The notes beneath the pieces were generated by a model. That model had not been told where the DNA came from, did not search any database, and saw nothing but the letters and a program-made list of their open reading frames with translations. This document shows, in pieces, positions 36,830 to 45,979 of a DNA stretch of 64,000 nucleotides. Each line of letters starts with the position of its first letter. Position 1 is the stretch's first letter. Source of the DNA: an uncultured Phycisphaeraceae bacterium. Its GTDB lineage: Bacteria; Planctomycetota; Phycisphaerae; UBA1845. The translations under genes and the position numbers were made by a program. The stretch lies in assembly GCA_964569425.1 (NCBI GenBank), contig CAZMVD010000007.1:1477-65476 (forward strand). Direction: 5' to 3'.

Positions 36830-37582
36830 GTGAGTGCTTTGCCACGCGATCTGCACGGTATCATCAACCTTCACAAGCCCGCGGGAATCACCTCGGCGAA
36901 GGCGCTGTATCGCGTGCGCTCATTGGTGGGCCAGCGCAGAAGCGGGCATGCGGGCACGCTCGATCCGGCGGCTTCGGGCGTGCTGGTGCTGTGTCTGGGG
37001 CGGGCGACGCGGCTGGTGGAGCGGGTGATGGACCAGCCGAAGGGGTATCGCGCCGTGGCACGGCTGGACGTGACCAGCGAGAGCTTCGACGCGGACCGGA
37101 CGATGACGCCGGTGGCGGTGGATGCGGTTCCTTCGGCGGAGGCGGTGGCGGCCGCGCTGGCGGGTTTTGAAGGGGCGATCGCACAAGTTCCGCCGCGGGT
37201 GAGCGCGATCAAAGTGGGAGGAGTTCCGGCGTATCGCCGAAGGGCGGACGATGCGGCGCTGGTGCTGGCGCCGCGAACGGTGCGCGTGTACTGGTTGGTC
37301 ATGCGGCGTTACGCCTGGCCCGAAGTGGAGTTCGAGATGGCGTGCGGGCGGGGGACTTATGTGCGGGCGCTGGCGCGCGATCTGGGGGAGCGACTGGGCA
37401 CCGGCGGTTGTTTGACGTCCCTGGTGCGGACCCGGGTGGGCCCCTTTTCGATTGAAGAGAGTGCCACGCTGGAGGCACTTCGTGAGGCGAGCGATCCGGC
37501 GGCCTGTCTGATTGAACTGGAACGGGCGATGGCGCTGCTCGACCCTGGGGCGATGACGATTCCGCCACGGCCGGTGGCATAG
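36830..37582 (+). CDS. truB: tRNA pseudouridine(55) synthase TruB
   Basis: LHGIINLHKPAGITSAKALYRVRSLVGQRRSGHAGTLDPAASGVLVLCLGRATRL, with the catalytic Asp in GTLDP. GTG 36830 chosen to avoid overlap with the upstream lipoprotein gene. Confidence 0.92.
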   Translation: MSALPRDLHGIINLHKPAGITSAKALYRVRSLVGQRRSGHAGTLDPAASGVLVLCLGRATRLVERVMDQPKGYRAVARLDVTSESFDADRTMTPVAVDAVPSAEAVAAALAGFEGAIAQVPPRVSAIKVGGVPAYRRRADDAALVLAPRTVRVYWLVMRRYAWPEVEFEMACGRGTYVRALARDLGERLGTGGCLTSLVRTRVGPFSIEESATLEALREASDPAACLIELERAMALLDPGAMTIPPRPVA

Positions 37583-37808
37583 CCATGGTGATCGCGAGTG
37601 TTCTTGCGTTTCCTTCCCGCTTGAGCGATTTGTGCGGGGCCGACTCGAGTCCGGCCTGGCAATCGGGCGGGTTCGACCGGCTCGACGATGTTGGTCGCCC
37701 TTGATCCGGGCACGGCGGGCCGCCTTGTGCGGCCGGACTCCGCAGTCTAGCATTTTCTCGTTCGTTTTCCTTCGAATTCAGTGTCCATTTTCTTGAGGAG
37801 TGCCATCC

Positions 37809-38228
37809 ATGGGACTGGTCAGAGAATTCAAAGAATTCGCGGTCAAGGGGAACATGATCGACATGGCCGTCGGCATTATCATCGGCGGCGCCTTTGGGAA
37901 GGTGGTCAGCTCGTTGGTGTCGGACATACTAATGCCGCCGTTGGGGCTGCTGATGGGGCGGATGGACTTTTCCGAGTACAAGATCGGGTTGATGTCCTCG
38001 GCGGTGAGCGGGGATGGAACAGCCCTACCGGCGGTCGATCTGCGTTTCGGGGTGTTTGTTAATGCGATGATCGACTTCACCATCGTGGCCTTTGCGGTTT
38101 TCCTGCTGGTGAAGGCGATCAACCGTCTGCGCCGTCAACAGGAAGCTGCCCCGCCGCCGCCTCCGCCGACTCCGGAGGAGGTGTTGGTGCTGCGCGATAT
38201 TCGCGACCTGTTGAAGGCCAAGGTCTGA
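37809..38228 (+). CDS. mscL: Large-conductance mechanosensitive channel
   Basis: [55 protein letters not shown] 8 nt upstream of ATG 37809. Confidence 0.95.
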   Translation: MGLVREFKEFAVKGNMIDMAVGIIIGGAFGKVVSSLVSDILMPPLGLLMGRMDFSEYKIGLMSSAVSGDGTALPAVDLRFGVFVNAMIDFTIVAFAVFLLVKAINRLRRQQEAAPPPPPPTPEEVLVLRDIRDLLKAKV

Positions 38229-38327
38229 GCGGCCGCGGCGGATACCGAACGGGGAAACTTGGTCCACCGGCGAGTAGCCGAGCTTTCCGCGGCGATGGCA
38301 TTCGGCTGCGGTTGCTACGCCGTACGA

Positions 38328-39443
38328 TCATTGGGCGTATTGCGTCATCCGCCTGACCACCAGTTGATCGCAATCAGCGGCCGAACGGGGGTTGACGGCC
38401 TTGAAGTCGGCGTGGTGGTTGTTCTGATAGTCCACGATGACCCATTCGCCGGCGCGGTCGCATAGCGCGACGTGAACGGCCCCAACGGCGCTGCTGCTCA
38501 TGATGTAATCGGCGAAGAGCGCATAGTCGGCGTCGGGCGGGTTTGCGCGAACGTAATCCCGAAAGGCACGTGCCATGTCCCACAATACCCTCTGCTCGTT
38601 CATGTTGCCTTGGATGTCGAACGACGGACCTTCGGCCGCTGCGACTGCCCGGGTGACGCCGGCCTGGGTCAGCAGGCGCGCCAATTGCACGGCCTGGTCC
38701 GCACGGCTCTCGCCGCCGGCGCGGACAGGAAAGACCACCAGGGTGGCGGTGGAAGCAGATTTCTGGAACGCCGCCTGGCGGTCATTCATGGCATCGCGTT
38801 CGGTCGTGTCCGGCACGCCGGTTTTCTTCTCCCAGTTCTGAGAGAGTTTTCCCGGTTTGCCGGTAGAGCGCTGTGGATCGCTGAGCCCGAGCACGGGACG
38901 CAAACGATCGACCAGCAGTACGCAGCAAGTCATGGGATCGCGCGGACCGATGCGCCTGAAGTCGGCATCGCCCCGGGACTGGCGGTCGTGCCAGGCGATC
39001 GACCCTTGCCGGTCGACGATCACGCTGCGGACTTCCGCGACACCCTGTCCCGGCGTGCCCAGGAATTCCGCGTACATCACGAAGTCGGTTGTGGGCGGAT
39101 GGGCGCGCACGAATTCCGCGAGTGAAGCGGCGGTTTGCGCCGGATCCGCCTGATCGGGGGGACGAAACTCGACCTCGCTCAGTTCGAGGTTGGTCATGCC
39201 GGAACGCTCCAGCAACATTCCGAGCGCCTCCGCGACCTGTGCGGACGCGTTGCCGACCAGTCCGACGGGCAGAATGGTCATCGAAGCGTTCTTTCCCGCG
39301 GCGCGTAATTGCCCGGCGAGCTCGTTCTCGGGGGCGGGCTGGGGCGACCCTTCTTTCCGGTCGCAAGCCGGGCCGACGAGCATCGCGCCCGCGATTGTCA
39401 CCAAGGCCGCCATCCAAGGTTTGTTCTTCGTGTTTTGTTTCAT
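38328..39443 (-). CDS. Hypothetical lipoprotein built from two homologous halves
   Basis: Lipobox TIAGAMLVGPAC. Halves align by eye (FVRAHPPTTDFVMYAEFL / YVRANPPDADYALFADYI; VIVDRQGSIAWHDRQSRGDADFRRIGPRDP / ALCDRAGEWVIVDYQNNHHADFKAVNPRSA). Confidence 0.65.
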   Translation of the reverse strand: MKQNTKNKPWMAALVTIAGAMLVGPACDRKEGSPQPAPENELAGQLRAAGKNASMTILPVGLVGNASAQVAEALGMLLERSGMTNLELSEVEFRPPDQADPAQTAASLAEFVRAHPPTTDFVMYAEFLGTPGQGVAEVRSVIVDRQGSIAWHDRQSRGDADFRRIGPRDPMTCCVLLVDRLRPVLGLSDPQRSTGKPGKLSQNWEKKTGVPDTTERDAMNDRQAAFQKSASTATLVVFPVRAGGESRADQAVQLARLLTQAGVTRAVAAAEGPSFDIQGNMNEQRVLWDMARAFRDYVRANPPDADYALFADYIMSSSAVGAVHVALCDRAGEWVIVDYQNNHHADFKAVNPRSAADCDQLVVRRMTQYAQ

Positions 39444-39473
39444 GGTTGTGTTCCTTCTGACTTAGGGGGTGGT

Positions 39474-39491
39474 TGTAAGTAAATACTTACA
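39474..39491. promoter_or_regulatory. 18-bp palindrome TGTAAGTAAATACTTACA; candidate TetR operator upstream of the lipoprotein gene
   Basis: 8+2+8 perfect inverted repeat, 31 nt upstream of ATG 39443, in the 63-nt gap after the tetR stop. A near-identical palindrome is at 40128-40145. Confidence 0.6.
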
Positions 39492-39506
39492 TTACACTGA
39501 AAAAAA

Positions 39507-40103
39507 CTAGTCCGGGGTCGTCCCCTCCAACAGCAATTGGCCCGCGTTGGCCATCATCTTTCTTCGCTGGGTGGGTGTCAGCAAGTTGAGTTCCTGCGCG
39601 ATGCCCGCCATGGTTCCCAGCCCGATCACGGCCCAGGCGCAGGATTCCACGCTCGGCTGCCGCTTTCCTCCGCCGGAGCGGCGATAGGCGGCGATGTGCC
39701 CGCTCACGAAGCGATAGAACCGGCCGTACATGTCACCTAGCGCCTGACGAATCGCCGGATCGGTGGTTTCGCTGAGTCCGGCGAATACCAGGCGTTGGAG
39801 CCCCGACTCGCCGTGGTGCTGGGCCTCGTAATGCAGCAGGCGCTCCGCGGGGGGGCGGCCGTCGCCCTTTCCCGCGAGCAGCCGTTCCCATGCGTGGGCA
39901 CTCCGTGCGTACACATGCTCAATCGCTGCGACGAACATCGCGCGCTTGTCGCGCCACAGGCGATACAGGACGTTCTCGCGGACGTTGCAGCGTTTGGCCA
40001 GAACGGCCGTTGTGGTGCGCCGATAGCCGAGATCGGCAAACGTTTGCGCTACGATGGCGATCAGTGTTCTCCGTCGTTCATCCGCCTGACTGGGCCGGGC
40101 CAT
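39507..40103 (-). CDS. TetR/AcrR family transcriptional regulator
   Basis: MARPSQADERRRTLIAIVAQTFADLGYRRTTTAVLAKRCNVRENVLYRLWRDKRAMF is a TetR HTH. ATG 40103 chosen because the upstream part of the ORF-track entry does not look like protein. Confidence 0.85.
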   Translation of the reverse strand: MARPSQADERRRTLIAIVAQTFADLGYRRTTTAVLAKRCNVRENVLYRLWRDKRAMFVAAIEHVYARSAHAWERLLAGKGDGRPPAERLLHYEAQHHGESGLQRLVFAGLSETTDPAIRQALGDMYGRFYRFVSGHIAAYRRSGGGKRQPSVESCAWAVIGLGTMAGIAQELNLLTPTQRRKMMANAGQLLLEGTTPD

Positions 40104-40127
40104 TGCCTGTTTCCATACTCGCCGTTT

Positions 40128-40145
40128 TGTAAGTAATTGCTTACA
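40128..40145. promoter_or_regulatory. 18-bp palindrome TGTAAGTAATTGCTTACA; candidate TetR auto-operator
   Basis: 9+9 inverted repeat with one mismatch, 25 nt upstream of the tetR ATG. On the minus strand a TATACT -10-like hexamer directly precedes it. Confidence 0.55.
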
Positions 40146-40493
40146 GTATATCACATTCGGGTGTTGTGTCTCGTGTAAAGCTGTCGAAAGGGGGCAGCTG
40201 ATCCGGGCGTTTCCTTCCTGAGGCGTGTTCCTGGTTTCGATAGAGGGGTGGTGCCGGTTGGAATGCCCCTGCGCTTGGCGGCAGTTGAATTTGTACTTGA
40301 TGGGCATTGGCCCAGAGTTGATTGAGGAAACTGTTTTAGGTATAATCTTACACGGTAAAGCGCTACCGAATCCGCGATACTCCGGTGTTGTCATCCAAGG
40401 ATAAACAACTCGCGGTCTATCGCGCAGAGGCACCTCGCAGCACATTGCCACGGTAGCTGTTGACAGCGTTCGTCTTTCGGGTCTTGGCGGACG

Positions 40494-42854
40494 ATGCAGG
40501 ACGATACTCACTCTTCACCCTTGAGCCCGGGATCTCTTGAGCAGGCGCTGCGCGCGCTCGAATCCGCAACGAATCAGCCGGACCCGGGACTGGAGATTCC
40601 CGGCTGCCGCATCATGCGCGAGCTGTATCGCGGGGGGCAGGGCGTGGTGTACCAGGCCATTCAAACGGCGACCGGGCGGGTGGTCGCGGTGAAGGTGCTC
40701 GTGCCGCGCGGCGCATCGGTGGAGAAGGCGCGGCGGCGCTTTCTCAAGGAAGGGCGGTTGATCGCCCAACTCAAGCACCCGTACATCGTGACCTTGTACG
40801 ATTCGGGCACCACGGCCGACGACCGTCTCTATTACGTCATGGAGTACATCGAAGGGACTACGCTCCGCACCTATGTGCGCGATAAGAAGCTCCCCCTCGA
40901 AGAGGTGCTGGTCCTGTTCGCCACCCTGTGCGATGCCGTCGAGGCGCTCCACACGCGCGGCATCGTGCACCGTGATCTCAAACCTTCCAACGTCCTGGTG
41001 GATTCCAGCGGACGCCTCGTGTTGATCGATCTGGGCCTGGCGGTGGCCCGGTCCGCCCCCATCGAGGCCACGCTGTCCCAGCCCGGCGACCTTTTGGGCA
41101 CACTCGCCTACATGTCGCCGGAACAGACCACCAACACCAGCCTCGAACTTGATGCCCGTTCCGATGTCTATGCCCTGGGCGTCATGCTGTTTGAGGCATT
41201 GACCGGCAATCATCCCTACTCCCTCCACGGCACCATTGAGAGGGTGGTGGAGCGCATTCGTGAATCCCAACCATTTCCCCTGACCGAAGCGTGGAGCCCG
41301 TCCGAAGGCGTTCACCACCATTCCAAAAATGGTGCGGGCAGTGTCTGTCCGTTGGACAAGGACATCGAGACAATCGTCCGCAAAGCGCTCGCGAAGGATC
41401 GTGCGCTTCGCTACGACTCGGCGGGCGAATTGTGTGCCGATCTTCGGCGCTACCTTGCTGGGGAGTCGATTGTCGCGCGTCCGCCGAGTGCGCTGAACTA
41501 TGTTACCTCGCACGTGCGGCGCCTGGCACGCCGCCACCCGCGGTCAGCGGTGCTACTAGCGGCACTGGTCGGTCTGGCGGTCAGCGCCGGACCGATGGAC
41601 GACTGGGTTCAGCGCGGGTTGCACGTTGATCGTGCCCTGTCGACATGGATGACGACGGCGCTGCTTGAACCCCCTTCCGCCGAGCGGCTCAGTCGGGTCG
41701 TGGTGGTGGGCATTACCGATGACACGGACGTGGCAGGGCTGGCAGAGCACACGGGGTTTGTCGATGTGTCGCCGGGCCAGGTGCGCAGTTGGCGCAGGCT
41801 GCACGGAGAAATCATGAAGCAACTGGTGCGGAGCGGTTGTCGCGCCGTGGTCTTTGACATCCTGTTTCGCCAGGAGTCGGAATTTGATGAGACACTGTTG
41901 GAAGGCGTGCATGCGCTCGCAGAACAGGGCATTCGCGTGATCATGGCCGTGGAGCCGTTCTGGTCAGGGGATCGCGGTCTGGATGCCCTGGCACCGGACC
42001 TTGCCGCCGCGGCGCGCTGGGGTTCGGTGGCCGCGAATTTCCGGCATTCGGAAGCGTGGTCGGTTCCCGTGGTGCTCGTGCGCGACGGCAAGGAGGTTCT
42101 GCGGTCCATGTCGCTGGAGACGCTCGCTGCTGTGCAGTTTCCATCGGGCGATTCGCGGGTGTTGTTTAATCCTGGTTCCGGGGCAGTGCTGGTGGTTGAG
42201 GAACGGTCGCCGACCGACGGCGTGTGGTGCCGCGTGCCCGGAAATCGGCACGTTGGTTCGCTTTTGACGCGCGACGTGCGGATGCCGAGCGATGAAGAAA
42301 GGCGCTATGGCGTCCGCGCGGGAGACGTGGTGGGGGATCTGCGACTGCCGCCGATCAGCGACGCAGCGATGGCGGCGTCTACCCTGGATTTTGGGGAGGT
42401 GCTGAGGGGCGACTCCACGGACCGGCACGATTCGTTCGCCGGTCGCGTCGTGGTGATCGGCAATCTGCGCAGCAATGCAGGGGACCGATTCCGTTATCCG
42501 GACGGCCGTACGGTGTCGGGCGTCTATGGGCAGGCGGTGGCCATTGACGCATTGCTGCGCGAAAGCTGGGTGCGGCTGTCGCCCTTTGCGGAGCGCTGGT
42601 CCCTGGGGCTGGTTGGGGCGCTGGTGGGGTTGTGCATTGCCCTTCGCGCCGGCGGACGGTGGGTTCGCGGCGGCGCAGTGCTCGCGATTGCGGCGGTCGG
42701 GTTTCTGCTCGTGGCGTGCGGTGCCTGCTACCTGGCTCAATGGGTTATCAATCCGGGGCGTATCGTCCTGGCAGCCGTGGTTACGTGTGTACTGGTCGCG
42801 GCATTGCGCCGCGCCTGTGGCCTTTCCTCTTTTCTTGCCAAGGAGAGACATTGA
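40494..42854 (+). CDS. Ser/Thr protein kinase fused to a CHASE2-like extracytoplasmic sensor and C-terminal TM bundle
   Basis: Hanks kinase motifs GGQGVVYQA, VAVKVL, HRDLKPSNVLV, DLGLA, YMSPEQ. TM helix AVLLAALVGLAVSAG, then about 330 aa periplasmic, then three C-terminal TM helices: the CHASE2 topology. Confidence 0.85.
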   Translation: MQDDTHSSPLSPGSLEQALRALESATNQPDPGLEIPGCRIMRELYRGGQGVVYQAIQTATGRVVAVKVLVPRGASVEKARRRFLKEGRLIAQLKHPYIVTLYDSGTTADDRLYYVMEYIEGTTLRTYVRDKKLPLEEVLVLFATLCDAVEALHTRGIVHRDLKPSNVLVDSSGRLVLIDLGLAVARSAPIEATLSQPGDLLGTLAYMSPEQTTNTSLELDARSDVYALGVMLFEALTGNHPYSLHGTIERVVERIRESQPFPLTEAWSPSEGVHHHSKNGAGSVCPLDKDIETIVRKALAKDRALRYDSAGELCADLRRYLAGESIVARPPSALNYVTSHVRRLARRHPRSAVLLAALVGLAVSAGPMDDWVQRGLHVDRALSTWMTTALLEPPSAERLSRVVVVGITDDTDVAGLAEHTGFVDVSPGQVRSWRRLHGEIMKQLVRSGCRAVVFDILFRQESEFDETLLEGVHALAEQGIRVIMAVEPFWSGDRGLDALAPDLAAAARWGSVAANFRHSEAWSVPVVLVRDGKEVLRSMSLETLAAVQFPSGDSRVLFNPGSGAVLVVEERSPTDGVWCRVPGNRHVGSLLTRDVRMPSDEERRYGVRAGDVVGDLRLPPISDAAMAASTLDFGEVLRGDSTDRHDSFAGRVVVIGNLRSNAGDRFRYPDGRTVSGVYGQAVAIDALLRESWVRLSPFAERWSLGLVGALVGLCIALRAGGRWVRGGAVLAIAAVGFLLVACGACYLAQWVINPGRIVLAAVVTCVLVAALRRACGLSSFLAKERH

Positions 42855-43549
42855 TGACGAAATCTGGTTTGATCGGCGCCGCGCTGGCCGCCGGGTTGGC
42901 CGCGGGCTGTGCAACAAACGGCAAGGACCACAAGTTCAATTCGGGGCCGTCGCTTCGATTGACCGGCGCGGTGGTTGAGGACACGTCAACGGCGACGCCT
43001 ACGTATCACTTTGTCGACCTTGAGGAGCCAGACGGCGAACGAGGCGGTACGGACGTGCCGCTGGAGATCAGGAGTTGGTACACGACGAACCAGAACCTCA
43101 AGGTTGCGGTCAAAGAGAGCGTGGGTGGAAAGTTTTATAACTATGAGGCGGTCGTCGGTCCGCAGAGCAAAACCGAGACCACGACGTTCCGCCTGGTCAG
43201 CGCCGACAAGGGCATAGAGATTGCCAGCGGCTGGGTTATTGCGTGGGGGACGCTGGCCAGGGCAGCGACCGAATGGGTGACGGCCGCATCGGAAGGTTCG
43301 ACGATCGCGCTGGAGCGCGTCAGCGGGACCACCGAACGGGTGTACTTTCTTCAGGGATTGAGAGCAACGGTTACCTGTGGATCGGCCAGCCCGGTTTATA
43401 TCACGTCACCAGGGTATTACGTGCAGTTGGATTACACCTATGGTACTACGGCGTGTACGGTCACGGGTCCGACCCCGATTGCCGGCTCTGCGGTGGAGCC
43501 GACGGTGAATCGGCTCAGCATGATCATGGATGTGGCAAACAAGCCATGA
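42854..43549 (+). CDS. Hypothetical lipoprotein, translationally coupled to the kinase
   Basis: ATG 42854 shares its A with the kinase TGA (TGATG). MTKSGLIGAALAAGLAAGC lipobox. Confidence 0.65.
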   Translation: MTKSGLIGAALAAGLAAGCATNGKDHKFNSGPSLRLTGAVVEDTSTATPTYHFVDLEEPDGERGGTDVPLEIRSWYTTNQNLKVAVKESVGGKFYNYEAVVGPQSKTETTTFRLVSADKGIEIASGWVIAWGTLARAATEWVTAASEGSTIALERVSGTTERVYFLQGLRATVTCGSASPVYITSPGYYVQLDYTYGTTACTVTGPTPIAGSAVEPTVNRLSMIMDVANKP

Positions 43550-43658
43550 CGCAACGTGCGCAGGCGCGTGAACGGGGTGCGAGGCGCACCGGACGCTGCC
43601 GCACCGAATCGGCGCAGGAAGTCGAAAGACCGGCGATAACGTTTCGGGTGTAACGCGG

Positions 43659-44894
43659 TCAGCGCGCGATCGTCCAGTTGGCCAATACGTTGTTGGCATT
43701 TCCTTCGGCATAGGTGCCGGTGATCTGGCCCGTTTGCGCGTTGGCCTGTCCGGTGTAAATGCCGCGGTTGAAGCCCTGGATTCGCTCCGGAGCGTCGTCG
43801 GTCATGTTGAGCACCCCATTCGCGTCGATCGTTCCGGTTAACGCAAAGTTGCCGGTGTTTGCCCAGGTGGACGTTCCAGTAACCTGGCCGTTTTGCGCGA
43901 TTGAGATTGCCACCGTGTGCGCGGCGTTGGCGGGGGTCTGCACGCCGCCCTGGTAGTTGCCGGCGAAGGCGGCGACGCCCTGCCCGCCGCCGCCACCGGG
44001 CACAAAGGGCGGAGGAAGTTCAAAACCCTGGATCGCCTGAGAGTTAAACAAGCTGATGATCTCATGCAGGTAGCGGCCGTGCACGCCGAAGTTGTTCGAT
44101 GCGGCCGCCGTGCGGTCCTGGGTTACTTGTCCATCGGCGCCGACCACAAGCACAATCTGCACAGTGCCGGCGTTGTTGGCGGCTACTACTTTGCCGCAAT
44201 GGACCATGGCCGAGCCGCTGGTTCCGGGGGTCGTCGGCGCCTGGTGCTGCAGCACGTCGGTATTCTGCGGCGTGACCACCTGGGTGGTATCGTGACTGCG
44301 AAAAGCGGTGACGGTGCCCGAAAGTGAGGTGGCCTGCGGAACGGTCTGACCGGGGACGATGGCGATGAATTCGTTCACATCGCCCGGAAACCCTGCGATC
44401 AGGATGCGGTCGCCCAGTTGCATGGTTTCCAATTCGGCAATGGTGGCGAGCGTGAGCGTTGTCGGGAGAACCTCCTGGGTGGTGAAAAGCCCCACGTCGG
44501 GCGATGCGAGCGGACTGCCGGTGTATTGGGGATGCGTGAGCGCGCGCAGCAGTTTGACGACGGTACCGGTGCCGGACTGCACCGCCACTACCTCTTCGAC
44601 GCGCAACCCGGTCAATCCGTTGAAGATTTCGGTAACGTGTGCGTTGGTGGCCAGCAGGCGCGGTCCCACCGCAAAGGCGGTGCCGAGCGTGGAGAAACCG
44701 ATGTCGTTCTCACCCGGACCGGTTCGCACTCTAATGGCGACCGCATAGGTCGCGGCGTTCATACGCGCAAATGCGGTTGCGTCGCTGGGGCAATCCTGGA
44801 ACAAACTGCCTCCACCGACCGGGGCGCAACCGGGCACGCTCCAGGAAACCACCGAAAAAGTAACCGCACCGAACAGAAAAGCCGCCTTGTGCAT
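43659..44894 (-). CDS. Secreted trypsin-like (S1 family) serine peptidase with a C-terminal extension
   Basis: Signal peptide. GTAFAVGPRLLATNAHV (His), GDRILIAGFPGD, TTPGTSGSAM (Ser). Gly-rich linker PGGGGGQG, then a domain of about 110 aa. Confidence 0.75.
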   Translation of the reverse strand: MHKAAFLFGAVTFSVVSWSVPGCAPVGGGSLFQDCPSDATAFARMNAATYAVAIRVRTGPGENDIGFSTLGTAFAVGPRLLATNAHVTEIFNGLTGLRVEEVVAVQSGTGTVVKLLRALTHPQYTGSPLASPDVGLFTTQEVLPTTLTLATIAELETMQLGDRILIAGFPGDVNEFIAIVPGQTVPQATSLSGTVTAFRSHDTTQVVTPQNTDVLQHQAPTTPGTSGSAMVHCGKVVAANNAGTVQIVLVVGADGQVTQDRTAAASNNFGVHGRYLHEIISLFNSQAIQGFELPPPFVPGGGGGQGVAAFAGNYQGGVQTPANAAHTVAISIAQNGQVTGTSTWANTGNFALTGTIDANGVLNMTDDAPERIQGFNRGIYTGQANAQTGQITGTYAEGNANNVLANWTIAR

Positions 44895-45094
44895 AGCCTA
44901 TTTGCTCCCGTTTCATTCGAGGCGTCGTTCCACTTGGACGACACCGTTTCACACGTCAGGTATTCGGTTCTTCGGCCCTTGGCGGGCAGATTCTAGCAAA
45001 GAGAATCGAGGACGTCATCCGGTCCCGGCGAGCTGTGGCGCGATCCGGGCTTCCCTTGGCCGGCAGACTGATTTCATGCCGCAATTGGGCGTAT

Positions 45095-45916
45095 TTACAT
45101 CTGATGCCTGATCGCCCACAGGTCTGGAAACACCGGGTGGAAGAGCGATTGCTTGAGGAACTCGACCCCGAGCGAGCCTCCGGTACCGTGCTTGCTGCCG
45201 ATCGTCCGCTCGACGAGCTTGATGTGCCGGTAGCGCCATTCCTGAAGCCCCTCATCGAAATCGGTCATCAATTCAAAGAGGATTGTCATGTTGGGCTTCG
45301 TGCGATACAGGCGCAGCAGGGCCTCCTGCACGGCGGGTTGCGGGATGATTGCTGCTTCGACGGGTCGAGCGCGAACGACGGGGGGGATGTTCGCCTCATG
45401 CACTTCCAGAAAGTCGTAAAACGCATCGACCACGCTCGGTTCGCGCAGGCGGCGCTCGATTTCCCCCCGCCGACTTGAGCCCGCCGGACAATGCTTGAGC
45501 ATTTCGGGCCGTTTGTAGCCCAGCAGGAACTCCAACTCCCGGAACTGTGCAGACTGAAAGCCGGAGGCGGTATCCAGCCGGTCGCGAAAGCTGCTGAACG
45601 ACATCGGCGTCATGGTTTCGAGGATGTCGATCTGTTCCACGAGCGTCTTCATTACGGTGCGGGCGCGTTTGAAGGTGTGCAGGGCGGCGAACAGATCCCC
45701 GGCCACGAAATCGCGTTTGATCTTGTCCAGTTCGTGCAACAGCAGCTTGAACCAGAGTTCGTAGGTCTGGTGAATGATGATGAACAGGGGTTCGTCGTGC
45801 TCCGGCGGATCGGAGTGAGCTTGCTGGAGACTCAGCAGGGCATCGAGCTGGAGATAATCCGCATAGGTGAGCGTCATGGTTATCGCATTCGAAGATGGTG
45901 CACGCGTTCCTGGCAC
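45095..45916 (-). CDS. kynA: Tryptophan 2,3-dioxygenase
   Basis: LTYADYLQLDALLSLQQ...HDEPLFIIIHQTYELWFKLLLHEL...GSKHGTGGSLGVEFL. The start may instead be the internal ATG at 45877 (MTLTYADYL). Confidence 0.9.
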   Translation of the reverse strand: MPGTRAPSSNAITMTLTYADYLQLDALLSLQQAHSDPPEHDEPLFIIIHQTYELWFKLLLHELDKIKRDFVAGDLFAALHTFKRARTVMKTLVEQIDILETMTPMSFSSFRDRLDTASGFQSAQFRELEFLLGYKRPEMLKHCPAGSSRRGEIERRLREPSVVDAFYDFLEVHEANIPPVVRARPVEAAIIPQPAVQEALLRLYRTKPNMTILFELMTDFDEGLQEWRYRHIKLVERTIGSKHGTGGSLGVEFLKQSLFHPVFPDLWAIRHQM

Positions 45917-45979
45917 CGCGTGGGCTTCATGGGCGCCTGCGCATTCCGAATTCCTGTACCGAACTTTACCATTCCTGGT

